From Piromyces finnis finn (Eukaryota; Fungi; Neocallimastigomycota), in assembly GCA_002104945.1 (NCBI GenBank), contig MCFH01000228.1, positions 1 through 12,542 of the forward strand: a DNA stretch of 12,542 nt, given 5' to 3'. Within the stretch, counting starts at the first letter, position 1, and every line of letters begins with the position of its first letter. A program made the position numbers and the translations under genes. Below, piece after piece: positions 1 to 10,775 of the stretch. The notes below the pieces were generated by a model that saw only the letters and a list, made by a program, of their open reading frames with translations, made no database searches and had not been told where the DNA came from.

Positions 1-2985
1 ATTAGTTTTTTAAACGGATAATGAAATTTTTACATTACATATAACTATTTTAATAAAATCTATATCAATTAATAAAACTTCACCTATTTTTAATTTTATG
101 GTTTAACATTATCTTAAGCCAAAATAAAGTTTTGGTAATCAAAAACTTTATTATTTTTTTATTAAAAAGATTAAGTTTTTAAAATTATAAAATTAATAAT
201 AAATAATTTTACTTAATTATTATATATAGAAAGTATAAAAGATTTTAAAGCAAGAATAAGAAATATTAGTTTTTTTTTTTTTACTAATTTTTCTTCAATC
301 TATACCAAAAAATAATTAGCTTTAAGTTTATTAAAAGAAAATTTATTTAGTTGTTTATTTATTTAGTTAGTTATATTAATTTTATTATTATAAAAGATTT
401 CAATGGCTTTTTTTGTTTTAATTATATATTAAAATTTTATTTTAGAATCTCATATAGAATTAAGTATAATTGTAATATATTATAATTTAATTTTAGGTAG
501 TACAAAACTGGTTTAATATATTAATGAAAAAATAAATAAAAATTGTACACAAAAACTTAAAATCAAATAAAATTAAACCAAATCATTTTTAAAATAAACT
601 TTAAAATTTTAAATAAATAATAAATATAAACTATTCTCGTAGTTGCTTTTTGTATATAATAATTATTTAATAATTTTATAGTATTTATTACTTGAACCTA
701 CCTGCTTAAATATTAAATTAATAAAAGAAAAATAAAACCATCTTGTAATTTTATATCTAATACAGTATATAGGCTATAAAAATTAACCCTTTACAAATTT
801 TTTTAATTAATAAATTAAACTAACCCAAAATTTTTTTTTTATTGAAATAATTGTTTATAAATTTATATTTTTCTTATTTCAAAATATAAATAATCAAATG
901 AACATCAATTAATTTATTTTACATTAATATAAATAATTATGAATGGATCACATGTTTAATTATATGGAAGTTTTAAGAAAAAGATCAACCAGTATGATTG
1001 GCTGTATTTTTAATAAATCACATAATGTTATTAAAAAATAAACTTAAATTAAATAGTTGGTTCTAAAATTAAATCTAATTAGAAATCAAGCCACAGGAAA
1101 TTAATTTTTAATATCTAGAATTATTATGAGATTAATAATATATCAAATATACATTACGTACAATAACGTAATTAAGTGTGCTTAAAAAAGGTTAAATTAT
1201 ATTTACAATGAATGAAAATTAAAAATCATCCATATTAATATCAATAAAAGTTTATTTATTTACATATATATATATTCATTTAATTTACAATATTAACTAT
1301 TTTCTTTTTAAAAAAATTGCTATTAATAGAATGAAATATGATAATTTAGATGTACACTTACTAAAACAACAATTTCGTAAAAATGTATATACTCAATATT
1401 ATTCTATTTTAAAATTTTAAAATTCTAATAGTTAAAAACCAATATTTAGGGTTAGAATAAATATATAAACATATTTAATACTATTTTTATTATAAAAAAT
1501 TTAACTGATTTTAATATATGAGGATAATAAAAGTCAATAATTTGGCTCTATTGATTAATTAAAAAAAATAAATTAATAGAGAGTTGACTTGTATTAAACT
1601 TTAAAAAGTTTATAAAGCTTACTATATTAATTTATCATATAAATTTTAAATATTCTAATGTAACCATCTAATTCTATATATACTATTAAATATATTTTAT
1701 TATATATTAATTAGAATAGTATAAACCTCATTTTTAATAATAAAACACCGATGAAAAATTTTAAAAAAAGGGACATATTTTAAAAAATCAAAATGTAATA
1801 TTATTATATACATTCTATGTATTAATAAGTATTAATTATTATAAAAATCAATATGGATGGATAAATTAATAATAATAGTAATATAATAATAATAATTACA
1901 TTATTGTATTATAAAAAAGTGGATATTTTAAATATATAATAAATAATATTTGAGTATATAACAAAATAAATATATTATTCATCATTTATGATTAATGATA
2001 TTAATTGAACAATCATTATAATGATATAATGAATTATCTTTATATATATATAAAATGTAATTCCTATTATTTCGTTCTATTTATTATAATAAATAAGCAA
2101 TGTAATACTACAGAAGTATTTTACACATGTAACAAAATCGTATAATTATTTATATTTATATATAATGAATTAAAATGAAGCTAATTGAAATTACTATTTA
2201 ATATATTTTCTATTATATTAATATATACTTTTATTTAAATGTCAAAAAAACATTCCATAAGTATTATTGATTAATACAAAAAGGTAAGAATAACTTTTTT
2301 TAATACAAGTAAATTATTTTATAAAGTTTATGTTTCCTTTTCTGCTATTATATGCCAATAAAATTAAAACAATACATTATTTAGTAATAAAAAAATAAGA
2401 ATGTCATTATATTTGATGGTCTTTTAATATATTATAGTAAAGTTTTCAAAAACTTTTTATATTAAAGCTATTATATGACTATTAATTAATACATATTTCC
2501 TATAAATGTTTGATTAGCTTTATACTATCCTTTCCATTTCCTTAATTTCTACTTTTTTATTTGTAAACAAATAAAAATAAGTATGAAATAGTAATATCAT
2601 TTTACTTCCTTCTATTATTTAAAATGAAATTAACACTAAAAAATTTCATAAAGGATCATTTAAATTGTTTTAAACAATATATTATTTAATCTAATTGTAT
2701 TGAACAACATATTAAATTATATTAAATAAACACTTGATTTTATTGGACCATTTTAACTATAAAATTTAATCATACCATAAAGAAAAAATTAAAAAAAAAT
2801 ATGAAATTAAAAAAAATTAAAAAAAAATCATATGCAAATATAGATAAAAAAGGAGTAGGAAAATAAAAAAACACCAAAATATAAATATTTAAAAAAAATG
2901 TTTATGCACTTATTTATTATTTATTACAGTAAAAGAAACTCTAACTTTTAACTATAATTCTTATTTCTTTTTATTTAATACTTTA

Positions 2986-3409
2986 AAAATTAATCGTTTA
3001 AAATTTAAAATCTATATTCCCATAAAAGAAATAAATGGAATAAATATATATTAAATATATATAAAATTATAATCTATTTTTAACATATATTTATATATAT
3101 ATTAATAAATAAATAAATAAATAAATAAAATATTCTAAATATTCACATTACTACTTTTTCATTTTAAAAAGGATGAATGTGATACTTATTTTATTAAAAT
3201 TAATCGTTTAAAATTTAAAATCTATATTCCCATAAAAGAAATAAATGGAATAAATATATATTAAATATATATAAAATTATAATCTATTTTTAACATATAT
3301 TTATATATATATTAATAAATAAATAAATAAATAAATAAATAAAATATTCTAAATATTCACATTACTACTTTTTCATTTTAAAAAGGATGAATGTGATACT
3401 TATTTTATT
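2986..3409. repeat. Head-to-tail tandem duplication of a 210-bp non-coding unit (copy 1 2986-3195, copy 2 3196-3409)
   Basis: taatcgttta occurs at 2991 and 3201 (period 210). Base-by-base reading shows the copies are identical except for an internal (TAAA)6 vs (TAAA)7. An aaa microhomology lies at the unit boundaries (2986-2988, 3196-3198, 3410-3412). Confidence 0.97.
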
Positions 3410-3682
3410 AAAGTAAAGACAACTTTTTATTGGTAATTTTCGGAGGTCTTTTTAAAAAAAAGAGGTTAAAAAATATCATTGGCATTTTCTATATTTCAAG
3501 ATTATTTTAAATTTTATATTTCGAAAACTTATGATTCTAAAATAAATTATTTTAAATCATATAATCCATAAGTTGCTTTTTAATATGTTACCAATACTAA
3601 CAAAATTAAATTAGTTTGATATATTTCCATTATATTCTGATATATAAAACTAGAATTTATATATATTGAATACTTAGGTATT

Positions 3683-3704
3683 ATTATTCAAGATTATTCA
3701 AGAT
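3683..3704. repeat. 10-bp tandem duplication (attattcaag x2 + at)
   Basis: attattcaag at 3683-3692 and 3693-3702. Confidence 0.85.
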
Positions 3705-5398
3705 ATATACTAAATATATAATTTTATATATAAACCAATACATATATTAATTTAATTAAATATAAAACAGGTTTAATTGACAAAATTAAATGATAAATTA
3801 ATTTGAAGATTAACAATAGATTTAATAATCACAATGATTTTATTATATTTATTATACTTCTTCAATTATATTATATTTTTATAATTATAATAGAAATCCA
3901 TATATTTGCTTTATACTGCTAATAAATAGTTTTACTCTTGTTAATATAAATGTTAAATTACTTTTTTGTTTTTACTTTTCAAAGGTTAATTCATACTATT
4001 TTTTTAATCATATATTAAAATAGTTCTTTCTATTTAAATCAAATGTTTACAATTAAATTACATTAATCATTTGTATGTAATAGATTTTATTACAATATAT
4101 GCTCTTTTATATTATCTTTACCATTATTCAACAAAATTTATACTGAATAAATATATTTTATAAACTATTTTTATATATTAAAATCTTTATTTATATTATC
4201 AATATACTCCACTTTACAACGAATAGAAGAATTAAAACAAACAATTGAAAGAATAAATAAACCAATTTATTGCTATTCTATTATGAATTGAATGATAATT
4301 TATAAATGTAAATTAAAATATATGAAATTACCACATCCATATTTTCCTTCAATTTATAACGTGGCTTTATTATGTAAAAATAAAAAAAAACAAAAAAACC
4401 TCCTTTTGTTTATTGAAGATAACTAGTGTAGTTTAATAACGTTTTTTTACTCTAATAATTTTTATTTGTGGCTTTAATTAAAATAAAAATCAAAGTTTAT
4501 TAAAGTTGCCCAAGGAATAAAGATAAATTTATTGTAGTGTTGTTGCTTACAAACAAAACGAAAGATAAATATCAATATTAATTATTACATGTAAGTATAA
4601 AAGATAAATAGGTAAATAATTTGTAGCTATTGCTTTTTTTTTTAATATAAAATTACTATCATTTTATTATCTCTTTTAAATACATGTAAATTCATCATTG
4701 CTCTTAGTACATTCTATTGAACATCTTTCTCAAACTAGATTGGTAATAATGAATGAATTATTATTAATATTTTTTATATATTATAGATGCTATTCTATTA
4801 TTTATATTTCTTAAAAAATAAAACATAAAGCATTTAATGAGAATATATTACTAATATATTACAGACTATAATATACTTATTTTTATAAATAGGGTTGTAC
4901 GGTTGAACTTAATAGTATTATATTATATAATATAATATAAAACTTGATTTAAAAAATGAAATTTCTATAGAATTAATTTAATTTTATTTTAATATAAAAT
5001 ATAAATCATATTTGATATATTAATTTTATTACAATTTCCGATTTAGATCTATTATTCTATAATAATCTATTATATAGAAATTTAATATAATAATTTAATT
5101 AGATATAAAATTTATTATGTTATTTTTTTAAATTTTATTATTTCATTTTATTATTATTATTATTTTTATATTCATTAAATTAGTATTTGAAATAAAAGGG
5201 TTTCTTATTATAACAATATAATATTTATTAAAGTTTTATTAAATTACAAATTGATGATTAAAATAACACTAAATTTATATATTATTTATTCCATATATAA
5301 TATTAATAAATAATATAACATTAAAAGTATTAATAAAGATTTAAGATATTCAGTACTAAAAAATTTTAGATAATATAAATACCATATAAATTTCTTTC

Positions 5399-5421
5399 TT
5401 TTTTTTTTTTTTTTTTTTTTT
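5399..5421. repeat. Poly(dT) tract, T23, followed by a second T10 at 5431-5440
   Basis: Read directly. It lies about 590 bp upstream of the INO1 ATG. Poly(dA:dT) tracts are common nucleosome-disfavouring promoter elements in fungi, but no function is shown here. Confidence 0.9.
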
Positions 5422-5891
5422 ACTACACACTTTTTTTTTTATTTTTAAAGGAAGTAGATACAATAAAAACGCTAATAATATAATTAAATTTTAATTTAAT
5501 TATTTATAAAACGCATTTCATAACAAACAATTATCTATAAACTTTTTTAGTTTTTCATATATATTCTCATTTCTATACATTATACATAATGTGAGTATAA
5601 ATTAAAAATAATCAAATAAAAAACAGTAAAAATGAAATATAAATAAAAATAAATAAAATATTAAGAGAAAGTTAATATAGAATAAAGTAAATAAAAGAAA
5701 AAAAAATGGTGAAAGATATAGATATATACAAGATATACAAGAGTATAATGTAAAAATGTAATAGAAAATAGCATTAGTATAAAAAAAAAGTGACAATAAA
5801 TAAATTGAAAAATAAAAATATTATAAAATTAAAAATAAAAAAAGAAAGAATAAGTAATTAAATGATAAAAACAAAAATGCATTTAACAAAG

Positions 5892-5947
5892 TTTAAAAAA
5901 TATATAATAAACTAATTAATTTAAAAAATATATAATAAACTAATTAA
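5892..5947 (+). repeat. Perfect 28-bp tandem duplication (tttaaaaaatatataataaactaattaa x2) in the INO1 proximal upstream region; each unit holds a TATATAA
   Basis: Units lie at 5892-5919 and 5920-5947. TATATAA occurs at 5901 and 5929, 107 and 79 bp before the ATG. Confidence 0.93.
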
Positions 5948-6007
5948 TAACCATAAAAATATAATATTTATTTTTATTTATAAACATTTTTAATAGATAT
6001 AATAAAA

Positions 6008-7531
6008 ATGACTTCATTCAAGGTTGACTCAAAGAATGTTCAATACACAGATGATGCTATCATCTCTACTTACGTTTACCAAGATACCAGAGTTTCTAAG
6101 AAGGACGGACAATTAATTGTTAAGCCAATTGAAGAAACTTACAACTTCAAGACCGAAACCAAGGTTCCAAAGTTAGGTATTATGCTTATTGGTTGGGGAG
6201 GTAACAACGGTACCACCACCACAGCCGGTATTCTTGCCAACCGTCACAAGCTCACCTGGCAAACCAGAACCGGTACCCAAAGTTCCAACTACTTTGGATC
6301 CGTCACACAAGCCTCTACTTTAAAGATTGGTGTTGATGAAAACGGACAAGATGTTTTCATTCCATTCCATGAAATTCTCCCAATGGTTAACCCAGACGAT
6401 ATTGTTGTTGGTGGATGGGATATCAGTTCCGTCAACATGGGAGATGCCATGCGTCGTGCCAAGGTTCTTGAACCAGATCTTCAAAACCAACTTTACGAAG
6501 AAATGTCCAAGATGAAGCCACTTCCAGCTCCATACTACCCATCCTTCATTGCCGCCAACCAAAAGGACAGAGCCGACAATGTTCTTAAGGGTAGCAAGCA
6601 AGACAACTTAGACGAAATCCGTAAGCACATCAGAGACTTCAAGAAGGACAATGAATTAGACAAGGTAGTTGTTCTCTGGACAGCCAACACCGAACGTTAC
6701 GCCGATATTCTCAAGGGAGTTAACGACAATGCCGACAACCTTCTTAATGCAGTCAAGAACAACCACGAAGAAGTCTCACCATCTACTATTTTTGCACTTG
6801 CCTCCATTTTAGAAAAGACACCATTCATCAACGGTAGTCCACAAAACACACTTGTTCCAGGTGTTATTGACTTAGCCATCCGTGAAAACGTCTACATTGG
6901 TGGTGATGACTTCAAGAGTGGACAAACCAAGATGAAGTCAGTTATGGTTGATTTCTTAGTCAATGCCGGTATTAAGCCAGTTTCCATTACCAGTTACAAC
7001 CACTTAGGTAACAACGATGGTAGAAACCTTTCATCACCAGCACAATTCCGTTCCAAGGAAATTTCCAAGAGTTCAGTTGTTGACGATATGGTTGACTCCA
7101 ACAAGATCTTATACAAGGAAGGAGAACACCCAGATCACGTTATTGTCATTAAGTACACACCAGCCGTTGGAGATAGTAAGCGTGCCTTAGATGAATACCA
7201 AAGTGAAATTTTCATGGGAGGTCGTAACACCATTTCCATGCACAATGTCTGTGAAGATTCACTCTTAGCCGCACCAATTATTATTGATTTATGTATTCTT
7301 ACTGAATTAATGACTCGTATTACCTGGAAGAAGCCAGAAGACAGTGAATTCAAGAGATTCCACTCCGTTCTTTCCGTTCTTTCCTACCTCTTAAAGGCAC
7401 CAGTTGTTCCAGAAGGTACACCAGTCATTAATGCCTTATCTAAGCAACGTAAGTGTATGGAAAACATCTTCAGAGCTTGTGTTGGTTTACCACCACAAAA
7501 CGATATGATGTTAGAATCTAAGGCTTTCTAA
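6008..7531 (+). CDS. INO1: Myo-inositol-1-phosphate synthase (inositol-3-phosphate synthase, EC 5.5.1.4), 507 aa, eukaryotic type, no introns
   Basis: All four MIPS signature blocks are present: GWGGNNG (NAD-binding), [20 protein letters not shown] (consensus NGSPQNTFVPG) and [10 protein letters not shown]. The N-terminus ([10 protein letters not shown]) and C-terminus ([11 protein letters not shown]) are typical. GC rises sharply at the ATG and falls after the TAA. Codon use is strongly biased to C/G-ending codons (TTC, AAC, TAC, GCC, AAG). Confidence 0.98.
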   Translation: MTSFKVDSKNVQYTDDAIISTYVYQDTRVSKKDGQLIVKPIEETYNFKTETKVPKLGIMLIGWGGNNGTTTTAGILANRHKLTWQTRTGTQSSNYFGSVTQASTLKIGVDENGQDVFIPFHEILPMVNPDDIVVGGWDISSVNMGDAMRRAKVLEPDLQNQLYEEMSKMKPLPAPYYPSFIAANQKDRADNVLKGSKQDNLDEIRKHIRDFKKDNELDKVVVLWTANTERYADILKGVNDNADNLLNAVKNNHEEVSPSTIFALASILEKTPFINGSPQNTLVPGVIDLAIRENVYIGGDDFKSGQTKMKSVMVDFLVNAGIKPVSITSYNHLGNNDGRNLSSPAQFRSKEISKSSVVDDMVDSNKILYKEGEHPDHVIVIKYTPAVGDSKRALDEYQSEIFMGGRNTISMHNVCEDSLLAAPIIIDLCILTELMTRITWKKPEDSEFKRFHSVLSVLSYLLKAPVVPEGTPVINALSKQRKCMENIFRACVGLPPQNDMMLESKAF

Positions 7532-8350
7532 ATGTCTTAATATTAAATTAATTCATTTCTTTTAATATTCCATGATTAGTATCTTGCATATATTTAAAAA
7601 AGTGTGTAAAGAGAAAATTAAAAAGGAAAAAAAAGGAAATGATAATACATCAACCTATTATAATCAACATATAAACAAAACAACACACATAGAATTTATA
7701 GATAATAATTAATAATTTACCTCTATTTAAACAAAAATTAAAGCATCCTAATAATATTATTAGCATATTACATTTTAATAATCTACTTTAATAATTTATA
7801 TAATTAAATAATTAATATACATATATCATAATTTTCTATATAAACAAATTGTAAAAAGAAACTTTTCATTTAATCCTTGATAAAAAAATTATATAAATAA
7901 AATTAATAATTTTATTTGTAATTTTTTTATTACTTTTTTTTTTTTCTTTTTAAAAACTAACTTGATTATAATATATAATAACCCTTATTAGTCTAAAGTA
8001 ATTTGAAATGAGAGTAAGATATAGAACAGAAAACATTTCGAGATTATTATTAAAAAAAGTATTATTATCTTTTAGAATCAGTAAATTATATTTTTTCACT
8101 TTATTAAAAAATATATTTTAAATCCACGTTTAAACATAATGTAATATATATAAAAATAAAAAGAAAAAAAAAAATAATAATAAAAAAAAATTAAACCAAA
8201 AGTTATTATTTATTTGTTGTTGTTAAAAAAGTAATAGATTATTATACATTTTAGTTTTTTCTTCTGTATGATGAATGTTTTTAAAACCAGTTTTAATATG
8301 TTTTATTATTACTTTAGTATATTTTATTATTTATATTTTAAAGATTGATA

Positions 8351-8376
8351 TATTTAAAAAAGTTGCTAAAGAGAGT
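8351..8376 (+). mobile_element. 5' stub of the older LINE copy, separated from its remainder (11050-12488) by the younger insertion
   Basis: tatttaaaaaagttgctaaagagagt matches 9177-9202 of the young copy at 21/26 nt and reads YLKKLLKRV vs YLKKMLRRV. It continues directly into 11063 onward (taatgaat..., RVNE). Only 13 nt (8351-8363) lie outside the TSD, so the exact 5' edge is uncertain. Confidence 0.78.
8364..8376 (+). repeat. Left target-site duplication of the young LINE (tgctaaagagagt)
   Basis: An identical 13-mer lies at 11050-11062, immediately after the A35 tail. Confidence 0.93.
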
Positions 8377-10775
8377 CTACTCCAAATTATAAAGCATCAG
8401 GTCCGGATGGTATTCCAATTGAATTTTACAAAGCATTAGTTCCATCAAGTAATGATTCTAATAATGCTACAGATAATAATTCTTCTGGTAATACTACTTC
8501 AGATAATGATGCTCATGGTTTAAATTTTATTCTTAAATTATTCAACCGTATTTGGGATGGTGATTTCCCCAACTCATGGAATGAATCCAGTATTGTTTCT
8601 ATTCCTAAGAAGGGAGATTTGACAGATTGTGATAACTATCGAGGTATATCACTTATCAATAATGGTATTAAGTTGATTTCCAAAATTGTCACCACTAGAA
8701 TCTCAGAATATGGTCTAAAGAATAATTTCATTAGACCTGAACAATTTGGTTTTCGAAAAAAGGAAGAAAGTATCAGTCTTTTCATTTCAATCCAAGAAAT
8801 ATGCCGTAGACGTCAATTAGATAATAAAGAGACATATTTGGCCTTTTTAGATCTCAGGAAAGCATACGATTCAGTCCCAATCGGTAATATTCTCCATAAA
8901 TTAGATTGTTTAGGAATCCGAGGTAAGAGTTTACAATTTATCAAAAATTTATATTTAACATCTAAGGCTAATGTCAAATTAGATGGACAATTCTCGAAAT
9001 CTTTTGATGTGAAGAAAGGAGTCCGTCAAGGTTGCCCACTTTCGCCTATTCTTTTTAATCTCTTTATTAATGATATATTTAAAGAGTGTGAAGATCTCGG
9101 AGTCAGTTTAGGTGACACTCGATGCTGTGGTGGACTTTTTGCAGATGATATAGTTATTTGTGCTCCAACAAGAGGATACTTAAAAAAGATGCTTAGAAGA
9201 GTTAATGAATGGGCCTTGTATAATGAAATGGAATTTGGTATCCAGAAATGTTCAACGATGGTGATTCGTCCTGAATCAATAGAAAATCAGAACAAGAGAG
9301 ATCCAACATTTTACTTAGCAGGACAACCCATTCCAACTACTGACTGCTACACTTATCTTGGTGTTCCATTTGATAAGAATTTGTCCCTTAAACCAGTAAT
9401 TAAAGTTCTTAATAACAAGGTTTTGAAAGGACTTTTCTCAGTCAGTAAATTCTTAAGAAATCCTAATATTCCTATTCCTTTCAAAAAACTAGTACTTAAC
9501 TCTCAAGTGATTAGCAGAGTTTCATACTTTGCACCATTACTTGGATCCAACAAAGCTAGGTCTAGGATTGCTCAGAAGCATGTTAACAAAGGAATACGAT
9601 GGATTGCCGGAGTTCATAAAGCTGTATCGTTTATTTCTTTATACTCTATCTCAAAAGATTTGAATTCCTCCATTGTCAGCCAAATGTGCTTTAGCTCAGG
9701 TTAGATGTTTTAACAAATGGAAAAACTCAAATTGTATTATCTCACACCTTGTCAATTACATTCCTAAATTTAGAAAATACACGTGGTGCAAATCAAGTAG
9801 GACACTTGAAAAAAAACTAAAGAAGCATGGAGATGTTAAAGCAGTTAAAAACTTTTATTGGAAAGATCTCAAAGGGAATTCAATCAAAGCGCAATATTAT
9901 GATGATAATAAATTTATTGAAACTAAAGATTTTATTAAATTATGTTATGAGTACCCAGAGTTTGCCTATGGCTTCTACTGGCTATTGAAAGCAAGAAGCG
10001 GATACAAGTTGGATGCTAGAGTTGCCAAAGCTGCCAAATTTGTTGATCCAGTTTGTCCTAACTACTGTCCATGTTGCAAGTGTGGAGATCAAAGTATTAA
10101 ACATTGGTTATTAGATTGTCCAACATTTAGAGATATCCGTATTAAACATTATGATTCCATAGTCCAGCTATTAAATTTTTTCAGTCAACGTAATTCCAAT
10201 AGTCCTATCAATAATAATGAAATTGATAATGTCAGTAGAGATAGCAATAACAGTAATAGTAATAGTAACAATAATAATAATAACAATAGTAATAATAACA
10301 ATAGTAGTAATAGTAATAATAGAAATAGTAATAATAACAATAGTAGTAATAGAAATAATAATATTAATAATGATAGCATAGTGAAGATAATAATTCTAAT
10401 TTAGATAGTAATTTAGTTAATGATAGTAATAGTTCTAATAATCCGGTGAATATTAATGTGTATGATTATTTTAGTGTGTGCAGTAAAATATTTAAATTCC
10501 TTCTTGGGGGAAGAAGTTTTAACAATATTAATTACAATTCAAGGGAATGGAAAGAACTTTGTAAGCGTCAGATTCAATCTGGTACTAATGAAGGAACACC
10601 ATTCTTGACGGTAACCGCGGAACTTCTAACCAAAATCATGCCTTTTGCTATTGGCCAGCAATGGTCAATGTTCAAAAGGTTTGAAGCAACATCCAAGAGC
10701 GTCAATGCTGAAGAAACAGTAAGACAGGCCAGGAGGGCCAGCGCAACCAATGGAGATCATAATTTTGTTCCATGA
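8377..10775 (+). pseudogene. Truncated LINE ORF2 (reverse transcriptase + C-terminal CX2CX8HX4C zinc knuckle) split by two frameshifts (about 9666 and about 10378)
   Basis: The frame is open from 8370, upstream of the TTG start in the ORF track: TPNYKASGPDGIPIEFYK...WNESSIVSIPKKGDLTDCDNYRGISL...QFGFR...FLDLRKAYDSV...GVRQGCPLSPILFNLFINDI...LFADD (FADD at 9138-9149)...YTYLGV. The three track ORFs (8619-9704, 9673-10404, 10446-10775) join after a 2-nt loss at 9666 and a 1-nt loss at about 10378. CPCCKCGDQSIKHWLLDC is encoded at 10066-10119. Confidence 0.93.
10192..10442 (+). repeat. Low-complexity (AAT/AGT/AAC)n tract encoding an Asn/Ser-rich segment inside LINE ORF2
   Basis: It reads SNNSNSNSNNNNNNNSNNNNSSNSNNRNSNNNNSSNRNNN directly after the zinc knuckle. 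It also explains the antisense poly-Leu ORF at 10185-10379. Confidence 0.92.

Noticed and set aside
943-1041. 32-aa ORF MDHMFNYMEVLRKRSTSMIGCIFNKSHNVIKK in a slightly GC-richer patch
   Set aside because: It is too short, has no recognisable homology and lacks INO1-like codon bias. It could be a relic or a micro-exon, but that cannot be supported without a tBLASTn search or RNA-seq.
948-2130. CACATG E-boxes (about 949 and about 2124) as yeast-type UAS-INO/ICRE elements
   Set aside because: They do not match the full WYTTCAYRTG consensus and lie 4-5 kb from the ATG. Ino2/Ino4 regulation is characterised in budding yeasts and cannot be assumed here.
2986-3409. CRISPR-like or MITE interpretation of the repeats
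   Set aside because: There are only two contiguous units, with no spacers, no terminal inverted repeats and no TSD, in a eukaryotic context.
4151-4291. 46-codon stop-free stretch ending TLQRIEELKQTIERINKPIYCYSIMN
   Set aside because: It has no usable start codon and no convincing splice sites. Protein-like appearance over this length is expected by chance in 6 kb.
5602-5796. 64-aa minus-strand ORF (F/Y/L/I-rich)
   Set aside because: It is the translation of an A-rich low-complexity tract with no coding-like GC or codon signal.
5888-5903. aaagtttaaaaaatat resembling the start of the 27-nt terminal module
   Set aside because: It lacks the informative ttgatgccgtt part, a tail and a TSD, so it is a low-complexity coincidence.
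6320-7353. Short ORFs overlapping INO1 (6320-6601, 6327-6515, 6697-6879, 7135-7353)
   Set aside because: These are antisense or off-frame shadows of a codon-biased real gene, with no recognisable motifs.
6008-7531. Bacterial horizontal origin of INO1 (intronless, GC step)
   Set aside because: The length and the N- and C-terminal segments are of the eukaryotic MIPS type. A GC step between CDS and intergenic DNA is normal in very AT-rich genomes.
9655-9704. Programmed ribosomal frameshift between RT and the C-terminal domain
   Set aside because: The two copies reach the shifted frame by different indels (-2 and a +7 tandem duplication) that point to an in-frame ancestor, and no slippery sequence is evident.
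10185-10379. Poly-Leu minus-strand ORF
   Set aside because: It is the reverse complement of the (AAT/AGT)n Asn/Ser tract.
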